In this document: positions 13,349 through 25,379 of the stretch, piece after piece
How positions within the stretch are numbered: the stretch's first letter is position 1
Layout: each line of letters begins with the position of its first letter
NCBI RefSeq assembly: GCF_009914755.1
Contig: NC_060925.1
DNA from: the human T2T-CHM13v2.0 reference genome, Homo sapiens
DNA length: 64,000 bases
Reading direction: 5' to 3' (one strand)
Notes under the pieces: generated by a model
Database searches by the model: none
What the model saw: the letters and a program-made list of their open reading frames with translations, nothing else
What the model was told of the DNA's origin: nothing
Program-made: the position numbers and the translations under genes

Positions 13349-14896
13349 ATATTATGAGGAAAGGCCCAAAGAGGTTAATGTGCTCAAATATCCAGAAGTA
13401 GTGAGAGAAGGAGTAGAAGATGTTGGCCTTTCTCCCTCCCACTTCTAACTCATCGCCAACGATTTGGTAGCCTATGGTGGGGGCTGGTGCAGGGAAGGCC
13501 TCCACAGTACCTCTGGCAGTCTTCAGGCAGCTGCCACTGGCAGCAACAGTGAGGATCCCCTTCTGTGTCTCCTCCACAGCCCTTCTTTCCATCCTCTTGT
13601 TTGGGGGCAGTGTTGGTCTGTTAGAAAGCAGCAGACTGCCATTCTGCATGGGCTCCTGCAGCACTAGCCCTAAGTTCAGACCCCATGCCATGAGTCACAG
13701 AGTTTCCTCTAAGACTGACCTACTGCTTCTCAGTCACCCAGTCATGAGGCACCAGAATGCTTCAGAGACCCTGAGTGTGCGTGGGTGCTTACCGCAAAAA
13801 TCTGTCAAAGTGAGATAGTTTCAGGAAAACTAATTAAGTCACTGACAGCATGAATCAGTGAAAGGGGGGGTGGTGGCGGGCCCTATCAAATCCGTGGTGA
13901 GTCTTTGCCTTAAGCAAGAGTATGAATATGAATGCACAATTACTGAGAGCTATTCATTAGCCTCAGCTCACTCCCCAAAGGTAAAAACCAAAATGTCTTA
14001 ACAGAGTAGACTCACACCCAGGTCCCTCTCAAAGCCTGTGGGAAAAATATTATCTTAATTTGCTGCTAAACAGTTAAGAACTGCTCCACATAGAATTTGG
14101 AGGTTCACACTGCATGTATTAGAATAGCCCAATTTTGAAAGGGTTGAAGATAGAAATGATTATTGTCTTTAAAAAAATCTTCTTGGATTTGTAAATATTC
14201 TGTAGCACAAGCAAGACTGTGATCTCTGTTTAAGGAAGAGGTCTGTGCAATGGAAGAATTTTATTTAGTACAGATGCATCGCATTTATGCATGGAACATA
14301 CATTCACAGGGTTGTTTGAGAATTAGATTTTGGTAAACTAAGTTGCATTTGAAATTCACAGAGAATGTTTGCTTTCTAATGGGACCCTGCAGTGCACTCT
14401 GTAAAGCCACCAACCCATTCTTGTGGAAAACAAGAAAAAGTAATATTCCTAATTTTTTGATTCATATTTTAGATCTCACTGGCTTTATTAAAGCTAATCC
14501 TCCAGAGTGTTATCCTTCAGAATCCCAGAATTCTGGAAGCTATGCTGAAATGACTCAAACTAGAAAAATCCCCTGTTTTAAATGATGGTGAACTTTACTC
14601 TTACCACCAAAGACCGGACCTCCCAAGTAAGAAACAAAAGAAAATAAAACAACAATAACAAAATCCAAATAAAATCCATGAGGAAGATTAAAATAAATTA
14701 TGAGTAGCTGAGACATGGACTTTGTAGATAATATATTCTGTTCTCCTTTCTAGTTTCACATCAAAACAATAGGACCCTTCTTTAGGAAAGCCAGGATAGA
14801 CCAACGTCAATAGGCTATTATCAATGATCATCATGTAAATTAGGCATTTGTGGGGAGCTGGCTTCACTTATTTGGGCTGTTTATGACAGTTTAGGC

Positions 14897-15071
14897 TAGT
14901 GATTCTCAACTCTGGCTGCACATGAGAATCACCTGGGAACCTTTTGAATCGCAGGGATTCCAGAACCCATCCCAGAATCAGAACTACAGGGGAATGGGGA
15001 CTGGGTATCAGCACCCAGAATGTTGTGAAATTTCCCCAGGTGATTCTAATGCACAAAGCTGAGAACCACTG
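14897..15071. mobile_element. MER5A-type hAT relic
   Basis: agtgattctcaactctggctgcacatgagaatcacctggg...ccccaggtgattctaatgcac...tgagaaccactg with terminal inverted symmetry. Confidence 0.8.
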
Positions 15072-15202
15072 ATTCAGAAAATCACCGCTTGAAAATAAGG
15101 CTTAAGTAGCATAGCAGCAATGTCTCACCCTCTGAGGCAGTATTTCCAAAAAAAAGTGGGTTGTGGACTATCCAGGCTGCTTGTTAAAAGTACAGGTTGC
15201 TA

Positions 15203-15632
<430 letters not shown>

Positions 15633-15843
15633 TTAGAAGGTGCTTGTGATATCACATGGATTTTGCTCACCTTCAAAGGAGCTAGTTATCAAGCTGGTTA
15701 TATGAATTGTGGTGAGGTGAGTGACATTTGCTGCTCATTTAATTTCCCTCTTTGGTTTTCTGCAGTGAGTAGCTCCTCCCTCTCTATAAGTATCCATTTC
15801 TCCAGATATTTCCTGACCCTCCTGCCCGTTAGAACTCATCCAT

Positions 15844-16154
15844 CACTTTAGGAGGCCGAGGTGGGTGGATCACGAAGTTAGGAGTTCAAGACTAGCCTGG
15901 CCAAGATGATGAAACCCCGTCTCTACTAAAAATACAAAAAAAATTCGCCACGCATGGTGGCGGGCGCCTGTAATCCCAGCTACCAGGAGGCTGAGGCAGA
16001 GAATTGCTTAAACCCGGGAGGCGGAGGTTACAGTGAGCCAAGATCGTGCCATTGCACTCCAGCCTGGGTGACAGAGCGAGACTGTGTCTCAGAAAAAGAA
16101 GAAGAAGGAAAAAAACAAAGAAGAAGGAAAAAAAAAAGAAGAAAGAAAAACAAA
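15844..16154 (+). mobile_element. AluS, 5'-truncated, GAA-rich tail
   Basis: Alu body from cactttaggaggccgagg; TSD agaact(c/t)atccat at 15831-15843 and 16155-16167. Confidence 0.93.
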
Positions 16155-17141
16155 AGAACTTATCCATGCGATACCCTCTTCTATCACTGGCCAACTGATG
16201 GAATGAGTTGATTTAGACTAGTGAAAACTGTCTTGTTCTTTTCACATAACTAAATTTTAACAACTGCCTTCAATGATTTAACTCAAAACCAGAAATGAGT
16301 ACAATGATGTAATGTAGTGTAGGAAGGTGGTGGGGAGCCCCAGCTGATACTTGCAAGGCACACCATGTGGGTGGCAACCTCCCCAACTATACATCCTCAC
16401 GATCTTCTGATTAATCCTTCCCCACTGCTAGGAAGTTTCTCAGGTCTTTGTTTTTATTCCCTACAATCTACAATTACCTCAAAAACACACTCCTCTGCAG
16501 AAGGGTGAAATCACTGTCAGTTGCTGGGTGAGCAGATTTATATAGGACAATGAAGGTATTTTCAAAGGCCACTTGCAGATGAAGTAACCCTCAAGTGGTT
16601 TTGAGAGCAATGCAAATTCATCACAAATACAAAAATGCTCTTTTGTTAAAGAAAAATAAATTGTTTTAGTATATAACTTCCTAAATGACTTCTGTAAGAT
16701 TACTCAGGGTCCACATAGACTCAATATTTACACAGGCTAAATGAAACTAATATTTTCTGATCATTTATTTCAGCATTTAATCTATGCTTTTCAAAATATT
16801 ATTTTCCATAAGAACTGGGCCTTTGGGCTAAGCTAGATTTTGATTTTCTTTGTTTTCTATCCTTATGTTGTAACTACGTGGGATTAGCTAATAAATAAAA
16901 ATTGGAGATCAAAAACCAAATTAAATACTTTCATTTGAGTGAGATGAGTATGGAGGAGGAGTGTAACACAGAGCCGATAGTAACAGTTACAAAAGAAACC
17001 ACACAGCCTAAGGTTCTTAACTTGCCTCTCCTCTGAAATGTGGGTCCCTTTGTTCTTAGTCATCCTTAGTGCCTGATGAAAAATCTGACTAGAGACAAGG
17101 CACATGCTTGGAGCTTTCCATTCCATAGAAAACTGGGATGG

Positions 17142-17464
17142 GGCCTGGCATGGTGGCTCATGCCTGTAATCCCAGCATTTTGGGAGGTCAAGGCAGGCTG
17201 ATCACTTGAGGTCAGGGGTTCAACATCAGCCTGGCCAATATGGCAAAACCCTGTCTCTACTAAAAATACAAAAAAACATTAGCCTGGTGTGGTGGTGCAT
17301 GCCTGTAATCTCAGCTACACTGGAGGCTAAGGCAGGAGAATCGTTTGAACCTGGCAGACAGAGGTTGCAGTGAGTTGAGATCTCGAGATCTCACCACTGC
17401 ACTCCAGCCTGGGTGACAGAGCGAGACTCTGTCTCGAACAAAGAAACAAACAAACAAACAAAAA
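17142..17464 (+). mobile_element. AluSx-like
   Basis: Full dimer with (CAAA)n tail; flanking aaaactgg(g/a)atg. Confidence 0.94.
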
Positions 17465-17797
17465 CTGGAATGAGACTTCCACAGATCATGTGACCAGAAT
17501 TTAACCCAATGACACAACACAATACCAGAGAAAGTTTGTGTTTCTTATATATGGGTCATTAAGTTGCGTTTAATTAGCGGCTGAAGATTTTATGCTGATT
17601 TCATCCAGCTCTCTCACGAAGGTACCATTTTTATTTGTAAGGGAGACTAGATAACTGACAGCTTGATAACGTGACACTTCTCAATAAAGGTAATGAGAAA
17701 AGAACAAAAGGGCAGGCACGTAGGTTCTGGCTGTTTCTAACAGTGTTACGTTTCCGATGGTGGCATCGGTAAGTATTTTGTTCCTTTATGACATAAA

Positions 17798-18110
17798 CCA
17801 CAATTCTTATCCTAAACCCTTGGGGGCCTGATGTGTTTTAAAATAATTTTGTTTTTAGATTTTGAAATAGGATAAAATGTATATACTGTATATTTTGTAA
17901 TATCCATACCATGATCTGATTAGCCATCTTATAATAAAGCAATATTTTTGTAGCAAAACATATAAATATTCATATTAAATGGGATAAATAAATACTGTAA
18001 ATAGTCTCAAGTCTGTTTAGATTGGGTTTTGTTGCCAAATGACTTGTGGTAAAGCAAGAAAATACTTTTAAGAGATTTTTAGACTTGGAATTGCAAACAA
18101 GGGATTATGG
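17798..18110. mobile_element. Non-autonomous DNA-transposon-like element (MER96-like, uncertain)
   Basis: Imperfect inverted termini ccacaattcttatc ... aagggattatgg around an AT-rich core. Confidence 0.4.
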
Positions 18111-19364
18111 ATTTATATCTGTGTATTTTTCCAAACCATTCGAGAATTTATTTATATTTTTAAATCTTATTAATTCGGTAATTTGTCCCATACATTATTG
18201 TCCTAAAATATTCTTTTCATGCTTAAAATGTTCCCTGTATTCACTGTACTCATTGATTTGGTCACTATCTTTTTGGTGACTTATTATTTTTAGTATTTCA
18301 TGTTATAATAAGCTTTTTAAGGCTCAGTTTCCTCTTTTAGAAAATTTCTGTTGGCATTGTTCCTGGCACTTAAGTGCTTACATCAGTCAGTAAGCTTTCT
18401 TTGACTGCAAGCAAGAGGCACTGATTCTGACTTAAGCAAATGAGAATTTACTGTGAGTTTATGGAATTAAAAGAACGGTTGAAGAACCATGCTTGGAAAT
18501 AGCAGGGAAAAGAAAAACTTTTAGATTGAGGTTAGGGATATTTTATCACGACTTCTCACCTCCACCTTTTAAAATTCTGAGTCACTCTGCTGAAGATCAA
18601 GCCCCAGGCAAATCTGAGGGGCTGAGCGGCTCATGTGCCCACCACTTGGCTAGAAGACAGCCTGACACATTGATTGACACTCCCACCACGCCTGAGCAAA
18701 GGGTGGGGGAAGCACATTCTCCCACAGGAAATGAGGTTGTTATCACAAGAAGAATGCAAATGGACTCTGATGGCAAAACAAAACAAACCTAACAGAAGTC
18801 CTCCACAGAATTCACCATATTTTCTGAATATTATTCTTAATTCTTGGCTTTTTAAGAATGCAGTCTTATTTTTTTAGGCCATCCTCAGAGAAAACTTAAC
18901 TCATCGCCATGGGCAGGTGAGTTGTATTCCTCTAGACTTTTTTCAACATTCTGTATCTTTCTTGAGCACCGAGGCTAGAGATGTTTGCTATTTGATTTTA
19001 TTTTGGTACGAGTAATGAGTTATTTTCAAAGTGATCTTTAAATAAGGAGTGTCTCCTACCAAGGCAACGCTGACAGAGGGAATCTTAATGGCAGAAACCA
19101 CTTTACTAATAAGAAATGCAAATTCACCTGGAATCTACTTAAGAAAAACAACGTATATAATATGGCTCAAAAACCAAGAAAATGAAAAAGGCAATGAACA
19201 TGGTTTTTCCTCATTTACCACTTAAAAATTTTTAAGGAATATTATTATTCTCCTTAAGTCCTACATTTCTTTAAGTGCCTTTTCAAATTGTGCACCATTT
19301 TTACAGGCAGGTGCTGACGGGTGCAAACAATCAGCTCGAATTGTTTATAATACACATTTCTTAC

Positions 19365-19686
19365 CTGATACTCATACTCTGTGAAAGGCAATAGTTCGGA
19401 ATCTATAAAAGATGTTGAGCTTCCGTTATAGATTAGGACTGGATTGGATTTTCTAGGCTGAGTTGCTATTTGTCTTCTGTATAATTCGTAATACAAAACT
19501 TTTCCATTTGGCTGCAGCGGTCCTGTCCACAAAAGAGAAACAGTTGGCTGGAATCCTCCTGGAGCCATTTGTACCTCCAGATGTGGAGGGGGTTGCATCA
19601 AAGGTGCAATCTCAGGGGTCTGTATGAATGTCCAGTCACTTGATGCACATCCCAGGGTGGTGCACGCTTGAATTCGTATTTCATAC
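19365..19686 (-). CDS. USH2A: USH2A coding exon (exon 64), 322 nt, FN3
   Basis: tgtcctgaAG|GTATGAAATACGA ((R)YEIRIQACTTLGC...) to ...GAGTATCAG|GTAAGA; branch-point-like CACTAAT about 22 nt upstream; length matches recalled c.13812-14133. Confidence 0.96.
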
Positions 19687-19827
19687 CTTCAGGACATAAG
19701 GCAGAAATTAGTGATTTTCAGCAAAATAGATTTTCATGGGAAGAATCTTTAAAACACCAGGCCTTAAAAAAAAAAGACAAGCTTACATGTATTCTTATTC
19801 ACAGCTAATTCTTAAGAATAACAAAGT

Positions 19828-19929
19828 TGAGAATGGCTTGAACCTGGGAGGCAGAGCTTGCAGTGAGCCGAGATTGCGCCACTGCACTCCCGCCTGGGTG
19901 ACAGAGCAAGACTCTGTCTCAAAAAAAAA
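19828..19929 (+). mobile_element. Alu right-arm 3' fragment (AluY-like)
   Basis: gagaatggcttgaacctgggaggcagagcttgcagtgagccgagattgcgcc...gtctcaaaaaaaaa. Confidence 0.9.
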
Positions 19930-20188
19930 TTATATTTCCATGGAAATTTTTGAACAATCAAAATCCCCCTGGCTTTCTAAACTAAAGTTCCTGATCTGTT
20001 CGAAAGGGGTGAGTGCAATTCTTCCCCTAAACAAGGATGTATGGAATAAATAACTCTCAAGATTCTTTCCGGCATGAAAATTCTGGTACTCTTCAGAATT
20101 ACTTAACATAGCAATGAAGAATGCAGACCTTAGAAAGTATGAAGCAGTTCTCAGCAGTCCTGGACTCCTACCTTTGCAGCTAGAGCTA

Positions 20189-20281
20189 AATGATCCCTCA
20201 GGAATGTTTCCAGGTCATGAAGGAACATCATGGAATGATCCCCCAGGAATGTTTCCAGGTCATGAAGGAACATCATGGAAT
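20189..20281 (+). repeat. 45-bp tandem duplication (2 copies)
   Basis: aatgatccc(t/c)caggaatgtttccaggtcatgaaggaacatcatgg twice, one mismatch. Confidence 0.95.
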
Positions 20282-22492
20282 TACGGTCTCAGTGGTAATA
20301 AATCCCCTCACCTGATACCTAACAGCTTAAAACAGCCTCCCTTACATGATACAAAGACCTTGCGGGGCCAAAGTTAACCCAACTACACACCAGATTATCA
20401 ATCATGAAGACACCTTATCACCATCCAGTTAAATTCAACTAATCAATTATGTTTTGCCTCATAGCTGGTCTCTGCTACTTGAAAAGGTCTATTTACATAG
20501 CAGGGACTTCTCCTTTCCAACAAAATGAGTTTTTGTGAGTATTTAGTGCCTATGGCTGTAAATGAGCACTTTTTTCTCTATTCCCAACCACCATTGATTT
20601 TATGACACCTTCAATTTTCCCGCAGGCACCCAGCTATCTTCTTTCTACCTTTATTCCTTTTAGTTCTAGCCTTTTCCTCTTCTATTTTCTACCTCCCCTC
20701 TTTGCTCTTTGAATCACTGCTTTCTGTTCTTGTACTTGTTCTGTCTCTTCCACCTTTTTGCTTTCTTAATTACACCTTTTTCCCTTTGTGACTTATTTTA
20801 TTCCCACTTTCTTCTCCTCCTCCCCTGGTTCTCCTCTCATGCCGATCTCCACCATGACAGGGCTACCAGTTTATTGGTGATCAAATCCATAGGTGTGTAT
20901 GGTAGATCTGACTTCTAAGCAATTCTGTGAAGTCAATTTTGATTTCCCACATAAAGATTATTCATTTTCTGGGTTATCCGTGGTAGTTTTTAAATTTTGG
21001 GCTGGATTCCTTCTGCTACTTAGGACTTTCCCAGGCTATTTCTTCTTACTGACCAGCTGGGGGTGCTGAAAGGAGGACACACACATTTGCAATATTCAGT
21101 GAACATTAATCCACTAAAAACAAAAACAAAAAACCAAGCATGAACTCCAACTTCATATAGAAGTGATACTCTGTTTTATGTCAATGCCACTTACAGATTC
21201 AGTTAGAGTGGATAATGAAGAGATTTCTCTCACATTCTTAAATATCCTTGCAATTTATCAGATAAATTAAACTTTTCTTTCCAGCCTGGAAAAAGCATTC
21301 CTTTCATGCCTGGACAAACTCTTTCACCTCTAGAATACTTTTTGAATAAGAGTTTCAAAAGGGAGCAAATTGATATGGTTTTTGAAAGTTGGAGGTACAG
21401 TCAGGTAAAGAGGAAGCCAGTCTAGAATATACAGCTCTGCAGCTACAGTGGGCCTTTTTAATGCCCTGAATCAGTGTAAGGTAATATAAAAGCCAACTCA
21501 CATAGCATGTGGATTAGCTGCAGAGGATACCTGAGGAAGTTTTAATTACTGTTTAATATTTAATAGACCCTAAATAATTGTCATGAGTAGATGCATAAAA
21601 CCACGAATGTTTCATTTCAACAGCACTATATATCAGAGGTAATTATAGGAGGATCTAATCTACACATCACTAGATTACAATAATAGCTGAATTTTACCTG
21701 AGGTAGTTGGAAATCAACACTCTTTCAGCCTTTAATTTTTTTAAGTGATTCTGTTCATTTTACTAAATTTTAAGCATAAAATGTCTCTTATTACCCTTCT
21801 CTCTGGGGATGTAAGTTACTTAAAATGTGATGGGGAAAACTGCCAAACAATTATTTAAACAATGGGCAAGATTCTTTTGTGTGGAGAACAACGCACTTCC
21901 ATGCATGTCACAGAGCCCAGATGGGACCGCTAGGAAAACATGAGCTAGCAAAGTGGCACTGTCCTGAGAAACCATAAGAAAGTAGAGTCAGAGAAGCCTT
22001 ATTATTCCTGGAAGAAGTGCTGGATTTGATAAGAAGGCTCTTCACGAAACAAATTTTGTTTTAGTCTAACTCTGGCTGGTAATTGCGCTCATTGATTGGC
22101 ACTTTTTAACCTTAAAATAATACATCATTTTCTTCACAGTCTGGCCAGATGACCCTATCGGGGCTGTCAGAACTGTCCAGGGGCCTGCGTATTTCCAGGG
22201 GGACTAGCCTCATCTCTGTCCTACTTATTTCAGATACCAGGATGCATTGCAAACCTTTCTGAAACACTGACTCTCAAAACATCACCTGAAAGAATTCTGC
22301 TCTCTGGAGGTTATGCAAGCAGGCTTTGCTTGGGTGAGGATGTGCTTTGTCTACTATGCACGTTTAGGTGGATGGAGGTTGGGGACACCTTGCATCCCAT
22401 TTTTAGAGTCTTCATTAGAACTGACCAAGGGCTCAGGCAATAGAAAGGTCAGCAGTGGCTTACTCTCAGAAAACCGAGACATGGCTACCTAC

Positions 22493-24009
22493 CTGTGAAA
22501 TGGCTTCAGCTGGTTTACTATATATGACTGCATACCAAAAGAATTATGAGTTGTGTTTATGTGTATGATTTTAGTTTCTCTTTCAAATAGTTCACGGATG
22601 AAGAGGGTATAATTGATGATATCACCATTTGTTCTCACTGGAGGGTCCCAGTTCACTAAGATCTCCTGAGGACCCCTGGCCTGCAATTTTGGAGGTTCCA
22701 TCCCTGAGGGTGCTGAGGGGCTGGTTCGATCTTTGACAAGAGGACTCAAAATACCCCCTTGGCTGTTGCTGGCAGTTACTGTGTAGCTATACTCCACACC
22801 TGGGGTGAGAGTAAAATCACGATAGCGTGTTTCCAAGCCTGTATATACAATGGTTCCATCCCTCCTAAGTTCATAACTTCTGATCTGGCCATTTGGGTTT
22901 CTTGGAGGTTTCCAGGTGATTTCTATTGATTCTGAGCCTGTGACTTGCAATGTTGGAGAGTCCATGTTCTCTGGCAGGGCCTCCATTGTCCAGGCAGATT
23001 TTGACACACTAGCTGTGCAACCTCCATTCGTGCAGGCTACAAGGGAGAAGTTATACTGAGAGTAAGGCTGCAGGTGGGAAACCAGCAGGCACAGGCCCTG
23101 GCCAGCAAGGGACTCTTTATTATCATATCTAACTAAATATTTAGTAATCTTTCCATTTTGCACTGTGGGCGGTGACCAACATACATTCATTTGAGTGGCA
23201 CTGACGGCCCAAAGATCTGGAGGGCTGACTTCTGATGGAGCAGCCTCCAGAGTTGTGATGCTGGTGGGTTTGCTGGTGGAGCATCCTCCACTCGTGCAGG
23301 CTTGGAGTGCATAGCTATAGGTGGAAAAAGGAAGAAGCTCTTCATCAGTGTAATTGAAAGTCACAGGATCAAAGCTAAAAGGATAGAGCATTTCATTCCT
23401 TTGAAGCCTATAGGACTGGATAATACCATTAGACTGTTCTGGTGGGATCCAGGAAATCAGCAGTTTTTGGGGATTCATAGAAACATAGGATATCACAGGT
23501 GGAGAGAGACCTTCTGGAGGTGCTTGCAATGTCCTCACCACATTCCAAGAGCTACAGGTATGCCCAGCTGAATTCCAAGTGTAGATTTTATATTCACACT
23601 GCGTCCATGGTTGCAAACCTGTGTCATTATACATAAACGTATTCCTTTCAGTGTTATATTCTGTGAAAACAATTTTCTCGTCGGCCTGGATCGTCTGATT
23701 TCCCCAAGCTTTTCCCTCGAAGCATCTGCGAATCACTTCATAGCGAATTATTTTTCCATTTGGGTTAACAGGCTCAGACCAGCTCAGCTCAACACTGGTG
23801 GACTTCACAGAGTGGACAGTAGGAGCCAGCTGAGAGTCTGGAGGGGCTTCATCTGTCCACAGAGGCTGAGGCGCCGAGTGTGCACAACCTGCTCTGGTGC
23901 AGGCCTCCAGGGTCAGTGTGTAGAGAGTGAAAGGATCCAGGCGGCGGAAGAGAAACTGACGATTCAAACCAGAGTACTCCAGGAACCCGTCACTGAAGAT
24001 GTTGTATGT
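22493..24009 (-). CDS. USH2A: USH2A coding exon (exon 63), 1517 nt, about five FN3 repeats
   Basis: ccttctgtAG|ACATACAAC (TYNIFSDG...) to ...TTTCACAG|GTAGGT; contains the 492-aa ORF 22489-23967 with repeated WxPP...NG...Y and LxPFTxY FN3 motifs; in frame with both neighbouring exons; length matches recalled c.12295-13811. Confidence 0.98.
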
Positions 24010-25379
24010 CTACAGAAGGACAGAAGCAAAAGGGATAACTTGCAGCATACAATTTCTTTGTGTAGTTACTTAGCCCCTTTTTAACCTTCACCCCCTTGTT
24101 CCTTATTTTGATGACCCTAATTTAGAAGAAGTATTCTGATATTAATTGGGGATATGTGATTTTTTTCAGTTAACATAAGGCCCACAGAGAGACAAACAAT
24201 GTTTTTCTTTGCCTTTTTCTTTTCTTTTTTTTCAGTTTGGGAACTACATAAACATTTATCTCAAAACTAAGGGCTATTGAATCAGATTCTTTGACTTAAA
24301 TGGTATTCACAAGGTTTCTCCTATTTGTATTTTTTTAAAGTAGAGAATAGTATTAAAGTCTCCTGTTTTATGGATATGAACTGCTTCTGATCTCATACTG
24401 ACTAAAGTAGGGTCTACCTTCCACGGCATTTGCTGGGAAATGGAATTACAACGCTTAATCATTTGTTGTTACAGAGTGCCAGGGCTGAAAGAGTATGCTT
24501 GTGTGTGTGTGTGTTTAGGCACACAGACACCTATATTTTATACATAAGTACAAATATCCATACATATATATACATGTACATATATACATGTATATAAATC
24601 TTTATGACTAGGGGATGGAAAAAAACACCCTGTTTTCTCTTCCAGGCCATGGAAGAACTGATTGCTCCTTTGGGGGCAAAGTAGTCTTTTGTTCTGGAAA
24701 AAAACATCTGAATGCTTATTATACTGTACAAATGTAGAGCAAGTTTTCATTTTTTTTGAAAGATGGGAAGTAAGTTAATCTGAATGCAGGTGTTTTTGAA
24801 CAGTGATTTTCCAACCTTTTCCTGCTCCAACAAACCTGAGAGAGATGACACACTCCTTTCGATGACTCCCTATCATGGTGACTCTCAAGAGGGGACAGGA
24901 CACATTTTACAGCCCTTGGAAGGCACACCCTTGAAACATTCCCAGAAGTGGTTCTTGGGCAAGCTTAATTTAGACTAAATTGTTAACATACTCCATTTTT
25001 TCCCTAAGATTACACAGCCTAGAAGTTTGGAAACCTCTTTATGTTGGAATGTTGTATGTTGGTGTGATTTTCTTGTTGAGGACCCAGGGCAAGACCACCC
25101 CCATGTGGGAAGGGGACTGCCATATCTTCTGAAGGGAGCATAGGTTCCATAACTAGCTTGCAGCCTCTGTGACCCCCCAAGCACCCCTTGCTGCCCCTGA
25201 TATTCACCCAGCAAATCTCTAATTAGTGTAAAATTTAGCTGTCCCTCTATACTCAAGCTCTGAAATGGGTTTGTAGAAAAACACCCAAACATTTTTATTG
25301 GTCTCACTTTAAACTTCTATCCATACATTTTAAATAGGCGATTACCAATTTGTAATCCTATTTTATTCCCTCATGCTTT

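Noticed and set aside
13347-13818. Three overlapping ORFs in a GC-richer patch
   Set aside because: No recognisable homology, splice architecture or poly(A)/TSD to support a gene or retrocopy
19254-19364. ORF extension past the exon 64 donor (and similar flanks of ORF 28494-28910)
   Set aside because: Intronic read-through beyond canonical splice sites; FN3 similarity stops at the junctions
20189-20281. Repeat-spacer or CRISPR-like array
   Set aside because: Only two abutting copies, no spacers, eukaryotic intron
23302-24084. Plus-strand ORFs (89 and 157 aa) overlapping exon 63
   Set aside because: Antisense shadows of the USH2A coding frame with no recognisable protein features
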